From Eledone cirrhosa (taxonomy: Eukaryota), in NCBI GenBank assembly GCA_964016885.1, contig OZ024744.1, forward strand, positions 128,092,001 to 128,156,000: 64,000 bases of DNA, written 5' to 3'. The notes under the pieces were generated by a model, which saw nothing but the letters and a program-made list of their open reading frames with translations, was not told the DNA's origin and did no database searches. The stretch's first letter is position 1, and the number at the start of each line of letters is the position of its first letter. Positions 1 through 13,400 of the stretch are shown here, piece by piece. The position numbers and the translations under genes are program-made.

Positions 1-559
1 GGTAAGTTAAGTTGGGGGCAAGTTAAGTTGGGGTTAAGTTAAGTTGAGGTTAAGTTAAGTTGGGGTTAAGTTAAGTTAGGGTTAATTTCAGTTGGGGTTA
101 TGTTAAGTTGGGGTTAAGTTAAGTTGGGGTTAAGTTAAGTTGGGGTAAAGTTAAGTTAGGGTTAAGTTAAGTTGGGGTTAAGTTAAGTTGGGGTTAAATT
201 AAGTTGGGGTTAAGTTAAGTTGGGGTTAAGTTAAGTTGGGGTTAAATTAAGTTGGGGTTCAGTTAAGTTGGGGTTAAATTAAGTTGGGGTTAAGTTAAGT
301 TGGGGTTAGTTAAGTTGGGGTTAAGTTAAGTTGGGGTTAAGTTAAGTTGGGGTTAAGTTAAGTTGGGGTTAAATTAAGTTGGGGTTAAGTTAAGTTGGGG
401 TTAAGTTAAGTTGGGGTTAAGTTAAGTTAGGGTTAATTTCAGTTGGGGTTATGTTAAGTTGGGGTTAAGTTAAGTTGGGGTTAAGTTAAAGTTGGGGTTA
501 AGTTAAGTTGGCGTAAAGTTAAGTTAGGGTTAAGTTAAGTTGGGGTTAAGTTAAGTTGG

Positions 560-3500
560 GGTTAAGTTAAGTTGGGGGTAAGTTAAGTTGAGGGTAAGTT
601 AAGTTGGGGTTAAGTTAAGTTGGGGTTAAATTAAGTTGAGGTTAAGTTAAGTTGGGGTTAAGTTAAGTTGGGGGTAAGATAAGTTGGGGGTAAGATAAGT
701 TGGGGCTAAGTTAAGTTGGGGCTAAGTCAAGTTGGGGTTAATTCAAGTTGAGGTTAACTTAAGTTGGGGTTAAGTTAAGTTGGGGTTAATTTAAGTTGGG
801 GTTAAGTTAAGTTGGGGTTAAGATAAGTTGGGGTTAAGTTAAGTTGGGGTTAAGTTAAGTTGGGGTTGAGTTAATTTGGGGTTAAGTTAAGTTGGGGTTA
901 ACTTAAGTTGGGGTTAAGTTGGGGTTAAGTTAAGTTGGGGGTAGGTTAAGTTGGGGGCAAGTTTAGTTGGGGTTAAGTTAAGTTGGGGTTACGTTAAGTT
1001 GGGCGTAAGTTAAGTCGGGGTTAAGTTAAGTTGGGGTTAAGTTAAGTTGGGTTTAAGTTAAGTTGGGGCTAAGTTAAGTTGGAGCTAAGTTAAGTTGGGG
1101 CTGAGTTAAGTTGGGGGTAAGTTAAGTTGGGGTTAAGTTAAGTTGGGGTTCAGTTAAGTTGGGGTTAAGTTAAGTTGGGGTTAAGTTAAGCTGGGGTTAA
1201 GTTAAGTTGGGGTTAAGTTAAGTTGGGGTTAAGTTAAGTTGGGGTTAAGTTAAGTTGGGGTTGAGTTAAGTTGGGGTTGAGTTAAGTTGGGGTTAAGTTA
1301 AGTTGGGGTTAAGTTAAGTTGGGGTTAAGTTAAGTTGGGGTTAAGTTAAGTTGGGGTTAAGTTAAGTTGGGGGTAAGTTAAGTTGGGGGCAAGTTAAGTT
1401 GGGGTTAAGTTAAGTTGGGGTTAAGTTAAGTTGGGGTTAAGTTAAGTTAGGGTTAATTTCAGTTGGGGTTATGTTAAGTTGGGGTTAAGTTAAGTTGGGG
1501 TTAAGTTAAAGTTGGGGTTAAGTTAAGTTGGGGTAAAGTTAAGTTAGGGTTAAGTTAAGTTGGGGTTAAGTTAAGTTGGGGTTAAATTAAGTTGGGGTTA
1601 AGTTAAGTTGGGGTTAAGTTAAGCTGGGGTTAAATTAAGTTGGGGTTCAGTTAAGTTGGGGTTAAATTAAGTTGGGGTTAAGTTAAGTTGGGGTTAGTTA
1701 AGTTGGGGTTAAGTTAAGTTGGGGTTAAGTTAAGTTGGGGTTAAGTTAAGTTGGGGTTAAATTAAGTTGGGGTTAAGTTAAGTTGGGGTTAAGTTAAGTT
1801 GGGGTTAAGTTAAGTTAGGGTTAATTTCAGTTGGGGTTATGTTAAGTTGGGGTTAAGTTAAGTTGGGGTTAAGTTAAAGTTGGGGTTAAGTTAAGTTGGC
1901 GTAAAGTTAAGTTAGGGTTAAGTTAAGTTGGGGTTAAGTTAAGTTGGGGTTAAATTAAGTTGGGGTTAAGTTAAGTTGGGGTTAAGTTAAGTTAGGGTTA
2001 AATTAAGTTGGGGTTCAGTTAAGTTGGGGTTAAATTAAGTTGGGGTTAAGTTAAGTTGGGGTTAGTTAAGTTGGGGTTAAGTTAAGTTGGCGTTAAGTTA
2101 AGTTGGGGTTAAGTTAAGTTGGCGTTAAGTTAAGTTGGGGTTAAGTTAAGTTGGGGTTAAGTTAAGTTGGGGTTAAGTTAAGTTGGGGTTAATTTAAGTT
2201 GGGGTTAAGTTAAGTTGGGGTTAAGTTAAGTTGGAGTTAAGTCAAGTTGGTGTTAAGTCAAGTTGGGGTTAAGTCAAGTTGGGGTTAAGTCAAGTTGGGG
2301 TTAAGTTAAGTTGGGGTTAAGTTAAGTTGGGGTTAAGTTAAGTTGGGGGTAAGTTAAGTTGGGTGTAAGTTAAGTTGGGGTTAAGTTAAGTTGGGGTTCA
2401 GTTCAGTTGGGGTTAAGTTAAGTTGGGGTTAAGTTAAGCTGGGGGTAAGTTAAGTTGGGGTTAAGTTAAGTTGGGGTTAAGTTAAGTTGGGGTTAAGTTA
2501 AGTTGGGGTTCAGTTAAGTTGGGGTTAAGTTAATTTGGGGCTGAGTTAAGTTGGGGTTAAGTTAAGTTCGGGTTGAGTTAAGTTGGGGTTAAGTTAAGTT
2601 GGGGTTAAGTTAAGTTGGGGTTAAGTTAAGTTGGGGTTAAGATAAGTTGGGGTTAAGTTAAGTTGGGGTTAATTTAAGTTGGGGTTGAGTTAATTTGGGT
2701 TTAAGTTAAGTTAGCCTTAACTTAAGTTGGGGTTAAGTTAAGTTGGGGTTAAGTTAAGTTGGGGGTAAGTTAAGTTGGGGGCAAGTTAAGTTGGGGTTAA
2801 TTTAAGTTGGGGTTAAGTTAAGTTGGGGTTAAGTTAAGTTGGGGGTAACTTAAGTTGGGGTTAAGTTAAGTTGAGGGTAAGTTAAGTTGAGGTTAAGTTA
2901 AGTTGGGGTTAAGTTAAGTTGGGGGTAAGTTAAGTTGGGGGTAAGTTAAGTTGGGGTTAAGTTAAGTTGGGGTTAAATTAAGTTGAGGTTAAGTTAATTT
3001 GGGGTTAAGTTAAGTTAGGGTTAATTTCAGTTGGGGTTAATTTAAGTTGGGGTTAAGTTAAGTTAGGGTTAATTTAAGTTGGGGTTATGTTAAGTTGGGG
3101 TTAAGTTAAGTTGGGGTTAAGTTAAGTTGGTGTTAAGTAAAGTTGGGGTTAAGTTAAGTTGTGGGTTAAGTTAAGTTGGGGTTAAGTTAAGTTGGGGTTA
3201 AGTTAAGTTGGTGTTAAGTAAAGTTGGGCTTAAGTTAAGTTGGGTTTGAGTTAAGTTGGGGCTAAGTTAAGTTAGGGCTAAGTTAAGTTGGGGTTAAGTT
3301 AAGTTGGGGCTAGGTTAAGTTGGGTCTAAGTTAAGTTGGGGTTAAGTTAAGTTGGGGTTAAATTAAGTTGGGGTTAAATTAAGTTGGGGTTAAGTTAAGT
3401 TGGGGTTAAGCTAAGTTGGGGATAAGTTAATTTGCGGTTAAGTTAGGTTGTGGGTTAAGTTAAGTTGGGGGTAAGTTAAGTTGGGGGTAAGTTAAGTTGG

Positions 3501-6500
3501 GGTTAATTTAAGTTGGGGTTAAGTTAAGTTGGGGTTAAGTTAAGTTGGGGTTAAGTTAAGTTGGGGTTAAGTTAAGTTGGCGTTAATTTAACTTGGGGTA
3601 AAGTTAAGTTGGGGTTAAGTTAAGTTGGGGTTAAGTTAAGTTGGGGTTAAGTTAAGTTGGGGTTAAGTCAAGTTGGGGTTAAGTCAAGTTGGGGTTAAGT
3701 CAAGTTGGGGTTAAGTTACGTTGGGGTTAAGTTAAGTTGGGGGTAAGTTAAGTTGGGGGTAAGTTAAGTTGGGGGCAAGTTAAGTTGGGGTTAAGTTAAG
3801 TTGGGGTTAAGTTAAGTTGGGGTTAAGTTAAGTTGGGGTTAAGTTAAATTAGGGTTAATTTCAGTTGGGGTTATGTTAAGTTGGGGTTAAGTTAAGTTGG
3901 GGTTAAGTTAAAGTTGGGGTTAAGTTAAGTTGGGGTAAAGTTAAGTTAGGGTTAAGTTGAGTTGGGGTTAAGTTAAGTTGGGGTTAAATTAAGTTGGGGC
4001 TAAGTTAAGTTGGGGTTAAGGTAAGTTGGGGTTAAATTAAGTTGGGGTTCAGTTAAGTTGGGGTTAAATTAAGTTGGGGTTAAGTTAAGTTGGGGTTAGT
4101 TAAGTTGGGGTTAAGTTAAGTTGGGGTTAAGTTAAGTTGGGGTTAAGTTAAGTTGGGGTTAAGTTAAGTTGGCGTTAAGTTAAGTTGGGGTTAAGTTAAG
4201 TTGGGGTTAAATTAAGTTGGGGTTAAGTTAAGTTGGGGTTAATTTAAGTTGGGGTTAAGTTAAGTTGGGGTTAAGTTAAGTTGGAGTTAAGTCAAGTTGG
4301 GGTTAAGTCAAGTTGCGGTTAAGTCAAGTTGGGGTTAAGTCAAGTTGGGGTTAAGTTAAGTTGGGGTTAAGTTAAGTTGGGGTTAACTTAAGTTGGGGTT
4401 AAGTTGGGGTTAAGTTAAGTTGGGGTTAAATTAAGTTGGGGGTTAGTTAAGTTGGGGCAAGTTAAGTTGGGGTTAATTTAAGTTGGGGTTAAGTTAAGTT
4501 GGGGTTAAGTTAAGTTGGGGGTAAGTTAAGTTGGGGTTAAGTTAAGTTGGGGGTAAGTTAAGTTGAGGGTAAGTTAAGTTGGGGTTAAGTTAAGTTGGGG
4601 TTAAATTAAGTTGAGGTTAATTTAAGTTGGGGTTAAGTTAAGTTGGGGGTAAGATAAGTTGGGGGTAAGATAAGTTGGGGCTAAGTTAAGTTGGGGCTAA
4701 GTCAAGTTGGGGTTAATTCAAGTTGAGGTTAACTTAAGTTGGGGTTAAGTTAAGTTGGGGTTAAGTTAAGTTGGGGTTAAGGTAAGTTGGGGTTATGTTA
4801 AGTTGGGGCTATGTTAAGTTGGGGCTAAGTTAAGTTGGGGCTGAGTTAAGTTGGGGTTAAGTTAAGTTGGGGTTGAGTTAAGTTGGGGTTAAGTTAAGTT
4901 GGGATTAAGTTAAGTTGGGGTTAAGTTAAGTTCGGCTTGAGTTAAGTTGGGGTTAAGTTAAGTTGGGGTTAATTTAAGTTGGGGTTAAGTTAAGTTGGGG
5001 TTAAGATAAGTTGGGGTTAAGTTAAGTTGGGGTTAAGTTAAGTTGGGGTTGAGTTAATTTGGGGTTAAGTTAAGTTGGGGTTAACTTAAGTTGGGGTTAA
5101 GTTGGGGTTGAGTTAAGTTGGGGGTAGGTTAAGTTGGGGGCAAGTTTAGTTGGGGTTAAGTTAAGTTGGGGTTACGTTAAGTTGGGCGTAAGTTAAGTCG
5201 GGGTTAAGTTAAGTTGGGGTTAAGTTAGGTTGGGTTTAAGTTAAGTTGGGGCTAAGTTAAGTTGGAGCTAAGTTAAGTTGGGGCTGAGTTAAGTTGGGGG
5301 TAAGTTAAGTTGGGATTAAGTTAAGTTGGGGTTCAGTTCAGTTGGGGTTAAGTTAAGTTGGGGTTAAGTTAAGCTGGGGTTAAGTTAAGTTGGGGTTAAG
5401 TTAAGTTGGGGTTAAGTTAAGTTGGGGTTAAGTTAAGTTGGGGTTGAGTTAAGTTGGGGTTGAGTTAAGTTGGGGTTAAGTTAAGTTGGGGTTAAGTTAA
5501 GTTGGGGTTAAGTTAAGTTGGGGTTAAGTTAAGTTGGGGGTAAGTTAAGTTGGGGGCAAGTTAAGTTGGGGTTAAGTTAAGTTGGGGTTAAGTTAAGTTG
5601 GGGTTAAGTTAAGTTAGGGTTAATTTCAGTTGGGGTTATGTTAAGTTGGGGTTAAGTTAAGTTGGGGTTAAGTTAAAGTTGGGGTTAAGTTAAGTTGGGG
5701 TAAAGTTAAGTTAGGGTTAAGTTAAGTTGGGGTTAAGTTAAGTTGGGGTTAAATTAAGTTGGGGTTAAGTTAAGTTGGGGTTAAGTTAAGTTGGGGTTAA
5801 ATTAAGTTGGGGTTCAGTTAAGTTGGGGTTAAATTAAGTTGGGGTTAAGTTAAGTTGGGGTTAGTTAAGTTGGGGTTAAGTTAAGTTGGGGTTAAGTTAA
5901 GTTGGGGTTAAGTTAAGTTGGGGTTAAATTAAGTTGGGGTTAAGTTAAGTTGGGGTTAAGTTAAGTTGGGGTTAAGTTAAGTTAGGGTTAATTTCAGTTG
6001 GGGTTATGTTAAGTTGGGGTTAAGTTAAGTTGGGGTTAAGTTAAAGTTGGGGTTAAGTTAAGTTGGCGTAAAGTTAAGTTAGGGTTAAGTTAAGTTGGGG
6101 TTAAGTTAAGTTGGGGTTAAATTAAGTTGGGGTTAAGTTAAGTTGGGGTTAAGTTAAGTTGGGGTTAAATTAAGTTGGGGTTCAGTTAAGTTGGGGTTAA
6201 ATTAAGTTAGGGTTAAGTTAAGTTGGGGTTAGTTAAGTTGGGGTTAAGTTAAGTTGGCGTTAAGTTAAGTTGGGGTTAAGTTAAGTTGGCGTTAAGTTAA
6301 GTTGGGGTTAAGTTAAGTTGGGGTTAAGTTAAGTTGGGGTTAAGTTAAGTTGGGGTTAATTTAAGTTGGGGTTAAGTTAAGTTGGGGTTAAGTTAAGTTG
6401 GAGTTAAGTCAAGTTGGTGTTAAGTCAAGTTGGGGTTAAGTCAAGTTGGGGTTAAGTCAAGTTGGGGTTAAGTTAAGTTGGGGTTAAGTTAAGTTGGGGT

Positions 6501-7400
6501 TAAGTTAAGTTGGGGGTAAGTTAAGTTGGGTGTAAGTTAAGTTGGGGTAAGTTAAGTTGGGGTTCAGTTCAGTTGGGGTTAAGTTAAGTTGGGGTTAAGT
6601 TAAGCTGGGGGTAAGTTAAGTTGGGGTTAAGTTAAGTTGGGGTTAAGTTAAGTTGGGGTTAAGTTAAGTTGGGGTTCAGTTAAGTTGGGGTTAAGTTAAT
6701 TTGGGGCTGAGTTAAGTTGGGGTTAAGTTAAGTTCGGGTTGAGTTAAGTTGGGGTTAAGTTAAGTTGGGGTTAAGTTAAGTTGGGGTTAAGTTAAGTTGG
6801 GGTTAAGATAAGTTGGGGTTAAGTTAAGTTGGGGTTAATTTAAGTTGGGGTTGAGTTAATTTGGGTTTAAGTTAAGTTGGCCTTAACTTAAGTTGGGGTT
6901 AAGTTAAGTTGGGGTTAAGTTAAGTTGGGGGTAAGTTAAGTTGGGGGCAAGTTAAGTTGGGGTTAATTTAAGTTGGGGTTAAGTTAAGTTGGGGTTAAGT
7001 TAAGTTGGGGGTAACTTAAGTTGGGGTTAAGTTAAGTTGAGGGTAAGTTAAGTTGAGGTTAAGTTAAGTTGGGGTTAAGTTAAGTTGGGGGTAAGTTAAG
7101 TTGGGGGTAAGTTAAGTTGGGGTTAAGTTAAGTTGGGGTTAAATTAAGTTGAGGTTAAGTTAATTTGGGGTTAAGTTAAGTTGGGGTTAAGTTAAGTTGG
7201 GGGTAAGATAAGTTGGGGCTAAGTTAAGTTGGGGCTAAGTCAAGTTGGGGTTAAGTCAAGTTGGGGTTAAGTCAAGTTGAGGTTAACTTAAGTTGGGGTT
7301 AAGTTAAGTTGGGGTTAAGTTAAGTTGGGGTTAACGTAAGTTGGGGTTAAGTTAAGTTGGGGCTAAGTTAAGTTGGGGCTAAGTTAAGTTGGGGCTGAGT
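560..7400 (+). repeat. Higher-order block A, copy 1 (contains an internal ~4.2 kb repeat)
   Basis: Ordered rare markers: ACGTTAAGTTGGGCGT (991, 5174), TTAGCC (2711), TTGGCC (6877), AACGTAAG (7333). A largely matching marker order recurs near 22.3, 42.6 and 56.1 kb. Confidence 0.8.
1440..2080 (+). repeat. 368-bp (23-monomer) local duplication, itself propagated in each block-A unit
   Basis: The TTTCAG of TTAGGGTTAATTTCAGTTGGGGTTATG lies at 1457/1825 and 5624/5992. Similar pairs occur near 23.2/23.5, 27.4/27.7, 43.5/43.8, 47.6/47.9, 56.7/57.1 and 60.9/61.2 kb. Confidence 0.85.
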
Positions 7401-8079
7401 TAAGTTGTGGTTAAGTTCAGTTGGGGTTAAGTTAAGTTGGGGTTAAGTTAAGCTGGGGGTAAGTTAAGTTGGGTGTAAGTTAAGTTGGGGTTAAGTTAAG
7501 TTGAGGTTAAGTTAAGTTGGGGTTAAATTAAGTTGGGGTTAAATTAAGTTGGGGTTATGTTAAGTTGGGGTTAAGTTAAGTTGGGGTTAAGATAAGTTGG
7601 GGTTAAGTTAAGTTGAGGTTAAGTTAAGTTGGAGTTAAGTTAAGTTGGGGTTAAGCTAAGTTGGGGTTAAGTTAATTTGCGTTTAAGTTAGGTTGTGGGT
7701 TAAGTTAAGTTGGGGTTAAGTTAAGCTGGGGTTAAGTTGGGGTAAGTTAAGTTGGGGGCAAGTTAAGTTGGGGTTAAGTTAATTTGGGGTTAAGTTAAGT
7801 TGGGGTTAAGTTAAGTTGGGGTTGAGTTAAGTTGGGGTTGAGTTAAGTTGGGGTTAAGTTAAGTTGGGGTTAAGTTAAGTTGGGGTTAAGTTAAGTTGGG
7901 GTTAAGTTAAGTTGGGGTTAAGTTAAGTTGGGGTTAAGTTAAGTTAGGGTTAATTTCAGTTGGGGTTATGTTAAGTTGGGGTGAAGTTAAGTGGGGTTAA
8001 GTTAAAGTTGGGGTTAAGTTAAGTTGGGGTAAAGTTAAGTTAGGGTTAAGTTAAGTTGGGGTTAAGTTAAGTTGGGGTT

Positions 8080-11000
8080 AAATTAAGTTGGGGTTAAGTT
8101 AAGTTGGGGTTAAGTTGGGGTTAAATTAAGTTGGGGTTCAGTTAAGTTGGGGTTAAATTAAGTTGGGGTTAAGTTAAGTTGGGGTTAGTTAAGTTGGGGT
8201 TAAGTTAAGTTGGGGTTAAATTAAGTTGGGGTTAAGTTAAGTTGGGGTTAATTTAAGTTGGGGTTAAGTTAAGTCGGGGTTAAGTTAAGTTGGAGTTAAG
8301 TCAAGTTGGGGTTAAGTCAAGTTGGGGTTAAGTCAAGTTGGGGTTAAGTCAAGTTGGGGTTAAGTTAAGTTGGGGTTAAGTTAAGTTGGGGTTAAGTTAA
8401 GTTGGAGTTAAGTTAAGTTGGAGTTAAGTTAAGTTGGGGTTAAGCTAAGTTGGGGTTCAGTTAAGTTGGGGGTAAGTTAAGTTGGGGTTAAGTTAAGTTG
8501 GGGTTAAGTTAAGTTGGGGTTAAGTTAAGTTGGGGTTAAGTTAAGTTGGAGTTAAGTTAAGTTGGAGTTAAGTTAAGTTGGGGTTAAGTTAAGTTGGGGT
8601 TAAGCTAAGTTGGGGTTCAGTTAAGTTGGGGTTAAGTTAAGTTGGGGTTAAGATAAGTTGGGGTTAAGTTAAGTTGGGGTTAATTTAAGTTGGGGTTGAG
8701 TTAAGTTGGGGTTAAGTTAAGTTCGGGTTGAGTTAAGTTGGGGTTAAGTTAAGTTGGGGTTAAGTTAAGTTGGGGTTAAGTTAAGTTGGGGTTAAGATAA
8801 GTTGGGGTTAAGTTAAGTTGGGGTTAATTTAAGTTGGGGTTGAGTTAATTTGGGTTTAAGTTAAGTTGGGCTTAACTTAAGTTGGGGTTAAGTTGGGGTT
8901 AAGTTAAGTTGGGGTTAAGTTAAGTTGGGGTTAAGTTAAGTTGGGGGTAAGTTAAGTAGGGGGCAAGTTAAGTTGGGGTTAATTTAAGTTGGGGTTAAGT
9001 TAAGTTGGGGTTATGTTAAGTTGGGGTTAATTTAAGTTGGGGTTAAGTTAAGTTGGGGGTAACTTAAGTTGAGGGTAAGTTAAGTTGAGGGTAAGTTAAG
9101 TTGAGGGTAAGTTAAGTTGAGGTTAAGTTAAGTTGGGGTTAAGTTAAGTTGGGGGTAAGTTAAGTTGGGGGTAAGTTAAGTTGGGGTTAAGTTAAGTTGG
9201 GGTTAAATTAAGTTGAGGTTAAGTTAATTTGGGGTTAAGTTAAGTTGGGGTTAAGTTAAGTTGGGGGTAAGATAAGTTGGGGCTAACTTAAGTTGGGGCT
9301 AAGTCAAGTTGGGGTTAAGTCAAGTTGAGGTTAACTTAAGTTGGGGTTAAGTTAAGTTGGGGTTAAGTTAAGTTGGGGTTAAGGTAAGTTGGGGTTAAGT
9401 TAAGTTGGGGCTAAGTTAAGTTGGGGCTAAGTTAAGTTGGGGCTGAGTTAAGTTGGGGCTGAGTTAAGTTGGGGTTGAGTTAAGTTGGGGTTAAGTTAAG
9501 TTGGGATTAAGTTAAGTTGGGGTTAAGTTAAGTTCGGGTTGAGTTAAGTTGGGGTTAAGTTAAGTTGGGGTTAATTTAAGTTGGGGTTAAGTTAAGTTGG
9601 GGTTAAGATAAGTTGGGGTTAAGTTAAGTTGGGGTTAAGTTAAGTTGGGGTTGAGTTAATTTGGGGTTAAGTTAAGTTGGGGTTAACTTAAGTTGGGGTT
9701 AAGTTAAGTTGGGGTTAAGTTAAGTTGGGGGTAAGTTAAGTTGGGGGCAAGTTGAGTTGGGGTTAAGTTAAGTTGGGGTTAAGTTAAGGTGGGGGTAAGT
9801 TAAGTTGGGGGTAAGTTAAGTTGGGGTTAAGTTAAGTTGGGGTTAAGTTAAGTTAGGTTTAAGTTAAGTTGGGGCTAAGTCTAGTTGGGGCTAAGTTAAG
9901 TTGTGGCTGAGTTAAGTTGGGGTTAAGTTAAGTTGGGGTTGAGTTAAGTTGGGGTTAACTTAAGTTGGGGTTAAGTTGGGGTTAAGTTAAGTTGGGGTTA
10001 AGTTAAGTTGGGGGTTAGTTAAGTTGCGGCAAGTTAAGTTGGGGTTAATTTAAGTTGGGGTTAAGTTAAGTTGGGGTTATGTTAAGTTGGGGTTAAGTTA
10101 AGTTGGGGTTAAGTTAAGTTGGGGGTAAGTTAATTTGGGGCTGAGTTAAGATAGGGTTAAGTTAAGTTCGGGTTGAGTTAAGTTGGGGTTAAGTTAAGTT
10201 GGGGTTAAGTTAAGTTGGGATTAAGTTAAGTTGGGGTTAAGATAAGTTGGGGTTAAGTTAAGTTGGGGTTAATTTAAGTTGGGGTTGAGTTAAGTTCGGG
10301 TTAAGTTAAGTTCGGGTTGAGTTAAGTTGGGGTTAAGTTAAGTTGGGGTTAAGTTAAGTTGGGGTTAAGTTAAGTTGGGGTTAAGATAAGTTGGGGTTAA
10401 GTTAAGTTGGGGTTAATTTAAGTTGGGGTTGAGTTAATTTGGGTTTAAGTTAAGTTGGGCTTAACTTAAGTTGGGGTTAAGTTGGGGTTAAGTTAAGTTG
10501 GGGTTAAGTTAAGTTGGGGTTAAGTTAAGTTGGGGGTAAGTTAAGTTGGGGGCAAGTTAAGTTGGGGTTAATTTAAGTTGGGGTTAAGTTAAGTTGGGGT
10601 TATGTTAAGTTGGGGTTAATTTAAGTTGGGGTTAAGTTAAGTTGGGGGTAACTTAAGTTGAGGGTAAGTTAAGTTGAGGGTAAGTTAAGTTGAGGGTAAG
10701 TTAAGTTGAGGTTAAGTTAAGTTGGGGTTAAGTTAAGTTGGGGGTAAGTTAAGTTGGGGGTAAGTTAAGTTGGGGTTAAGTTAAGTTGGGGTTAAATTAA
10801 GTTGAGGTTAAGTTAATTTGGGGTTAAGTTAAGTTGGGGTTAAGTTAAGTTGGGGGTAAGATAAGTTGGGGCTAAGTTAAGTTGGGGCTAAGTCAAGTTG
10901 GGGTTAAGTCAAGTTGAGGTTAACTTAAGTTGGGGTTAAGTTAAGTTGGGGTTAAGTTAAGTTGGGGTTAAGGTAAGTTGGGGTTAAGTTAAGTTGGGGC

Positions 11001-13400
11001 TAAGTTAAGTTGGGGCTAAGTTAAGTTGGGGCTAAGTTAAGTTGGGGTTAAGTTGGGGTTGAGTTAAGTTGGGGTTAAGTTAAGTTGGGATTAAGTTAAG
11101 TTGGGGTTAAGTTAAGTTCGGGTTGAGTTAAGTTGGGGTTAAGTTAAGTTGGGGTTAATTTAAGTTGGGGTTAAGTTAAGTTGGGGTTAAGATAAGTTGG
11201 GGTTAAGTTAAGTTGGGGTTAAGTTAAGTTGGGGTTAAGTTAAGTTGGGGTTAAGTTAAGTTGGGGGTAAGTTAAGTTGGGGGCAAGTTGAGTTGGGGTT
11301 AAGTTAAGTTGGGGTTAAGTTAAGGTGGGGGTAAGTTAAGTTGGGGGTAAGTTAAGTTGGGGTTAAGTTAAGTTGGGGTTAAGTTAAGTTGGGTTTAAGT
11401 TAAGTTGGGGCTAAGTCTAGTTGGGGCTAAGTTAAGTTGGGGCTGAGTTAAGTTGGGGTTAAGTTAAGTTGGGGTTAAATTAAGTTGGGGTTAAGTTAAG
11501 TTGGGGTTAAGTTGGGGTTAAATTAAGTTGGGGTTCAGTTAAGTTGGGGTTAAATTAAGTTGGGGTTAAGTTAAGTTGGGGTTAGTTAAGTTGGGGTTAA
11601 GTTAAGTTGGGGTTAAATTAAGTTGGGGTTAAGTTAAGTTGGGGTTAATTTAAGTTGGGGTTAAGTTAAGTCGGGGTTAAGTTAAGTTGGAGTTAAGTCA
11701 AGTTGGGGTTAAGTCAAGTTGGGGTTAAGTCAAGTTGGGGTTAAGTCAAGTTGGGGTTAAGTTAAGTTGGGGTTAAGTTAAGTTGGGGTTAAGTTAAGTT
11801 GGAGTTAAGTTAAGTTGGAGTTAAGTTAAGTTGGGGTTAAGCTAAGTTGGGGTTCAGTTAAGTTGGGGGTAAGTTAAGTTGGGGTTAAGTTAAGTTGGGG
11901 TTAAGTTAAGTTGGGGTTAAGTTAAGTTGGGGTTAAGTTAAGTTGGAGTTAAGTTAAGTTGGAGTTAAGTTAAGTTGGGGTTAAGTTAAGTTGGGGTTAA
12001 GCTAAGTTGGGGTTCAGTTAAGTTGGGGTTAAGTTAAGTTGGGGTTAAGATAAGTTGGGGTTAAGTTAAGTTGGGGTTAATTTAAGTTGGGGTTGAGTTA
12101 AGTTGGGGTTAAGTTAAGTTCGGGTTGAGTTAAGTTGGGGTTAAGTTAAGTTGGGGTTAAGTTAAGTTGGGGTTAAGTTAAGTTGGGGTTAAGATAAGTT
12201 GGGGTTAAGTTAAGTTGGGGTTAATTTAAGTTGGGGTTGAGTTAATTTGGGTTTAAGTTAAGTTGGGCTTAACTTAAGTTGGGGTTAAGTTGGGGTTAAG
12301 TTAAGTTGGGGTTAAGTTAAGTTGGGGTCAAGTTAAGTTGGGGGTAAGTTAAGTAGGGGGCAAGTTAAGTTGGGGTTAATTTAAGTTGGGGTTAAGTTAA
12401 GTTGGGGTTATGTTAAGTTGGGGTTAATTTAAGTTGGGGTTAAGTTAAGTTGGGGGTAACTTAAGTTGAGGGTAAGTTAAGTTGAGGGTAAGTTAAGTTG
12501 AGGGTTAGTTAAGTTGAGGTTAAGTTAAGTTGGGGTTAAGTTAAGTTGGGGGTAAGTTAAGTTGGGGGTAAGTTAAGTTGGGGTTAAGTTAAGTTGGGGT
12601 TAAATTAAGTTGAGGTTAAGTTAATTTGGGGTTAAGTTAAGTTGGGGTTAAGTTAAGTTGGGGGTAAGATAAGTTGGGGCTAACTTAAGTTGGGGCTAAG
12701 TCAAGTTGGGGTTAAGTCAAGTTGAGGTTAACTTAAGTTGGGGTTAAGTTAAGTTGGGGTTAAGTTAAGTTGGGGTTAAGGTAAGTTGGGGTTAAGTTAA
12801 GTTGGGGCTAAGTTAAGTTGGGGCTAAGTTAAGTTGGGGCTGAGTTAAGTTGGGGTTAAGTTGGGGTTGAGTTAAGTTGGGGTTAAGTTAAGTTGGGATT
12901 AAGTTAAGTTGGGGTTAAGTTAAGTTCGGGTTGAGTTAAGTTGGGGTTAAGTTAAGTTGGGGTTAATTTAAGTTGGGGTTAATTTAAGTTGGGGTTAAGA
13001 TAAGTTGGGGTTAAGTTAAGTTGGGGTTAAGTTAAGTTGGGGTTGAGTTAATTTGGGGTTAAGTTAAGTTGGGGTTAACTTAAGTTGGGGTTAAGTTAAG
13101 TTGGGGTTAAGTTAAGTTGGGGGTAAGTTAAGTTGGGGGCAAGTTGAGTTGGGGTTAAGTTAAGTTGGGGTTAAGTTAAGGTGGGGGTAAGTTAAGTTGG
13201 GGGTAAGTTAAGTTGGGGTTAAGTTAAGTTGGGGTTAAGTTAAGTTAGGTTTAAGTTAAGTTGGGGCTAAGTCTAGTTGGGGCTAAGTTAAGTTGGGGCT
13301 GAGTTAAGTTGGGGTTAAGTTAAGTTGGGGTTGAGTTAAGTTGGGGTTAACTTAAGTTGGGGTTAAGTTGGGGTTAAGTTAAGTTGGGGGTAAGTTAAGT
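8080..13400 (+). repeat. Segment repeated at ~3.4 kb offset (~8080-10000 vs ~11480-13400)
   Basis: AAGTCGGGG...GGAG at 8271 and 11668; GTAGGGGGC at 8956 and 12353 (both offset 3397); GTCTAG at 9879 and 13271 (offset 3392). Confidence 0.8.

Noticed and set aside
1-14. GGTAAGT splice-donor-like motifs
   Set aside because: They are a by-product of the common GGGGGTAAGTT variant, with no exons or acceptor context.
76-81. Canonical TTAGGG telomere repeats
   Set aside because: These are isolated G>A variants of TTGGGG within the 16-mer and are never tandem.
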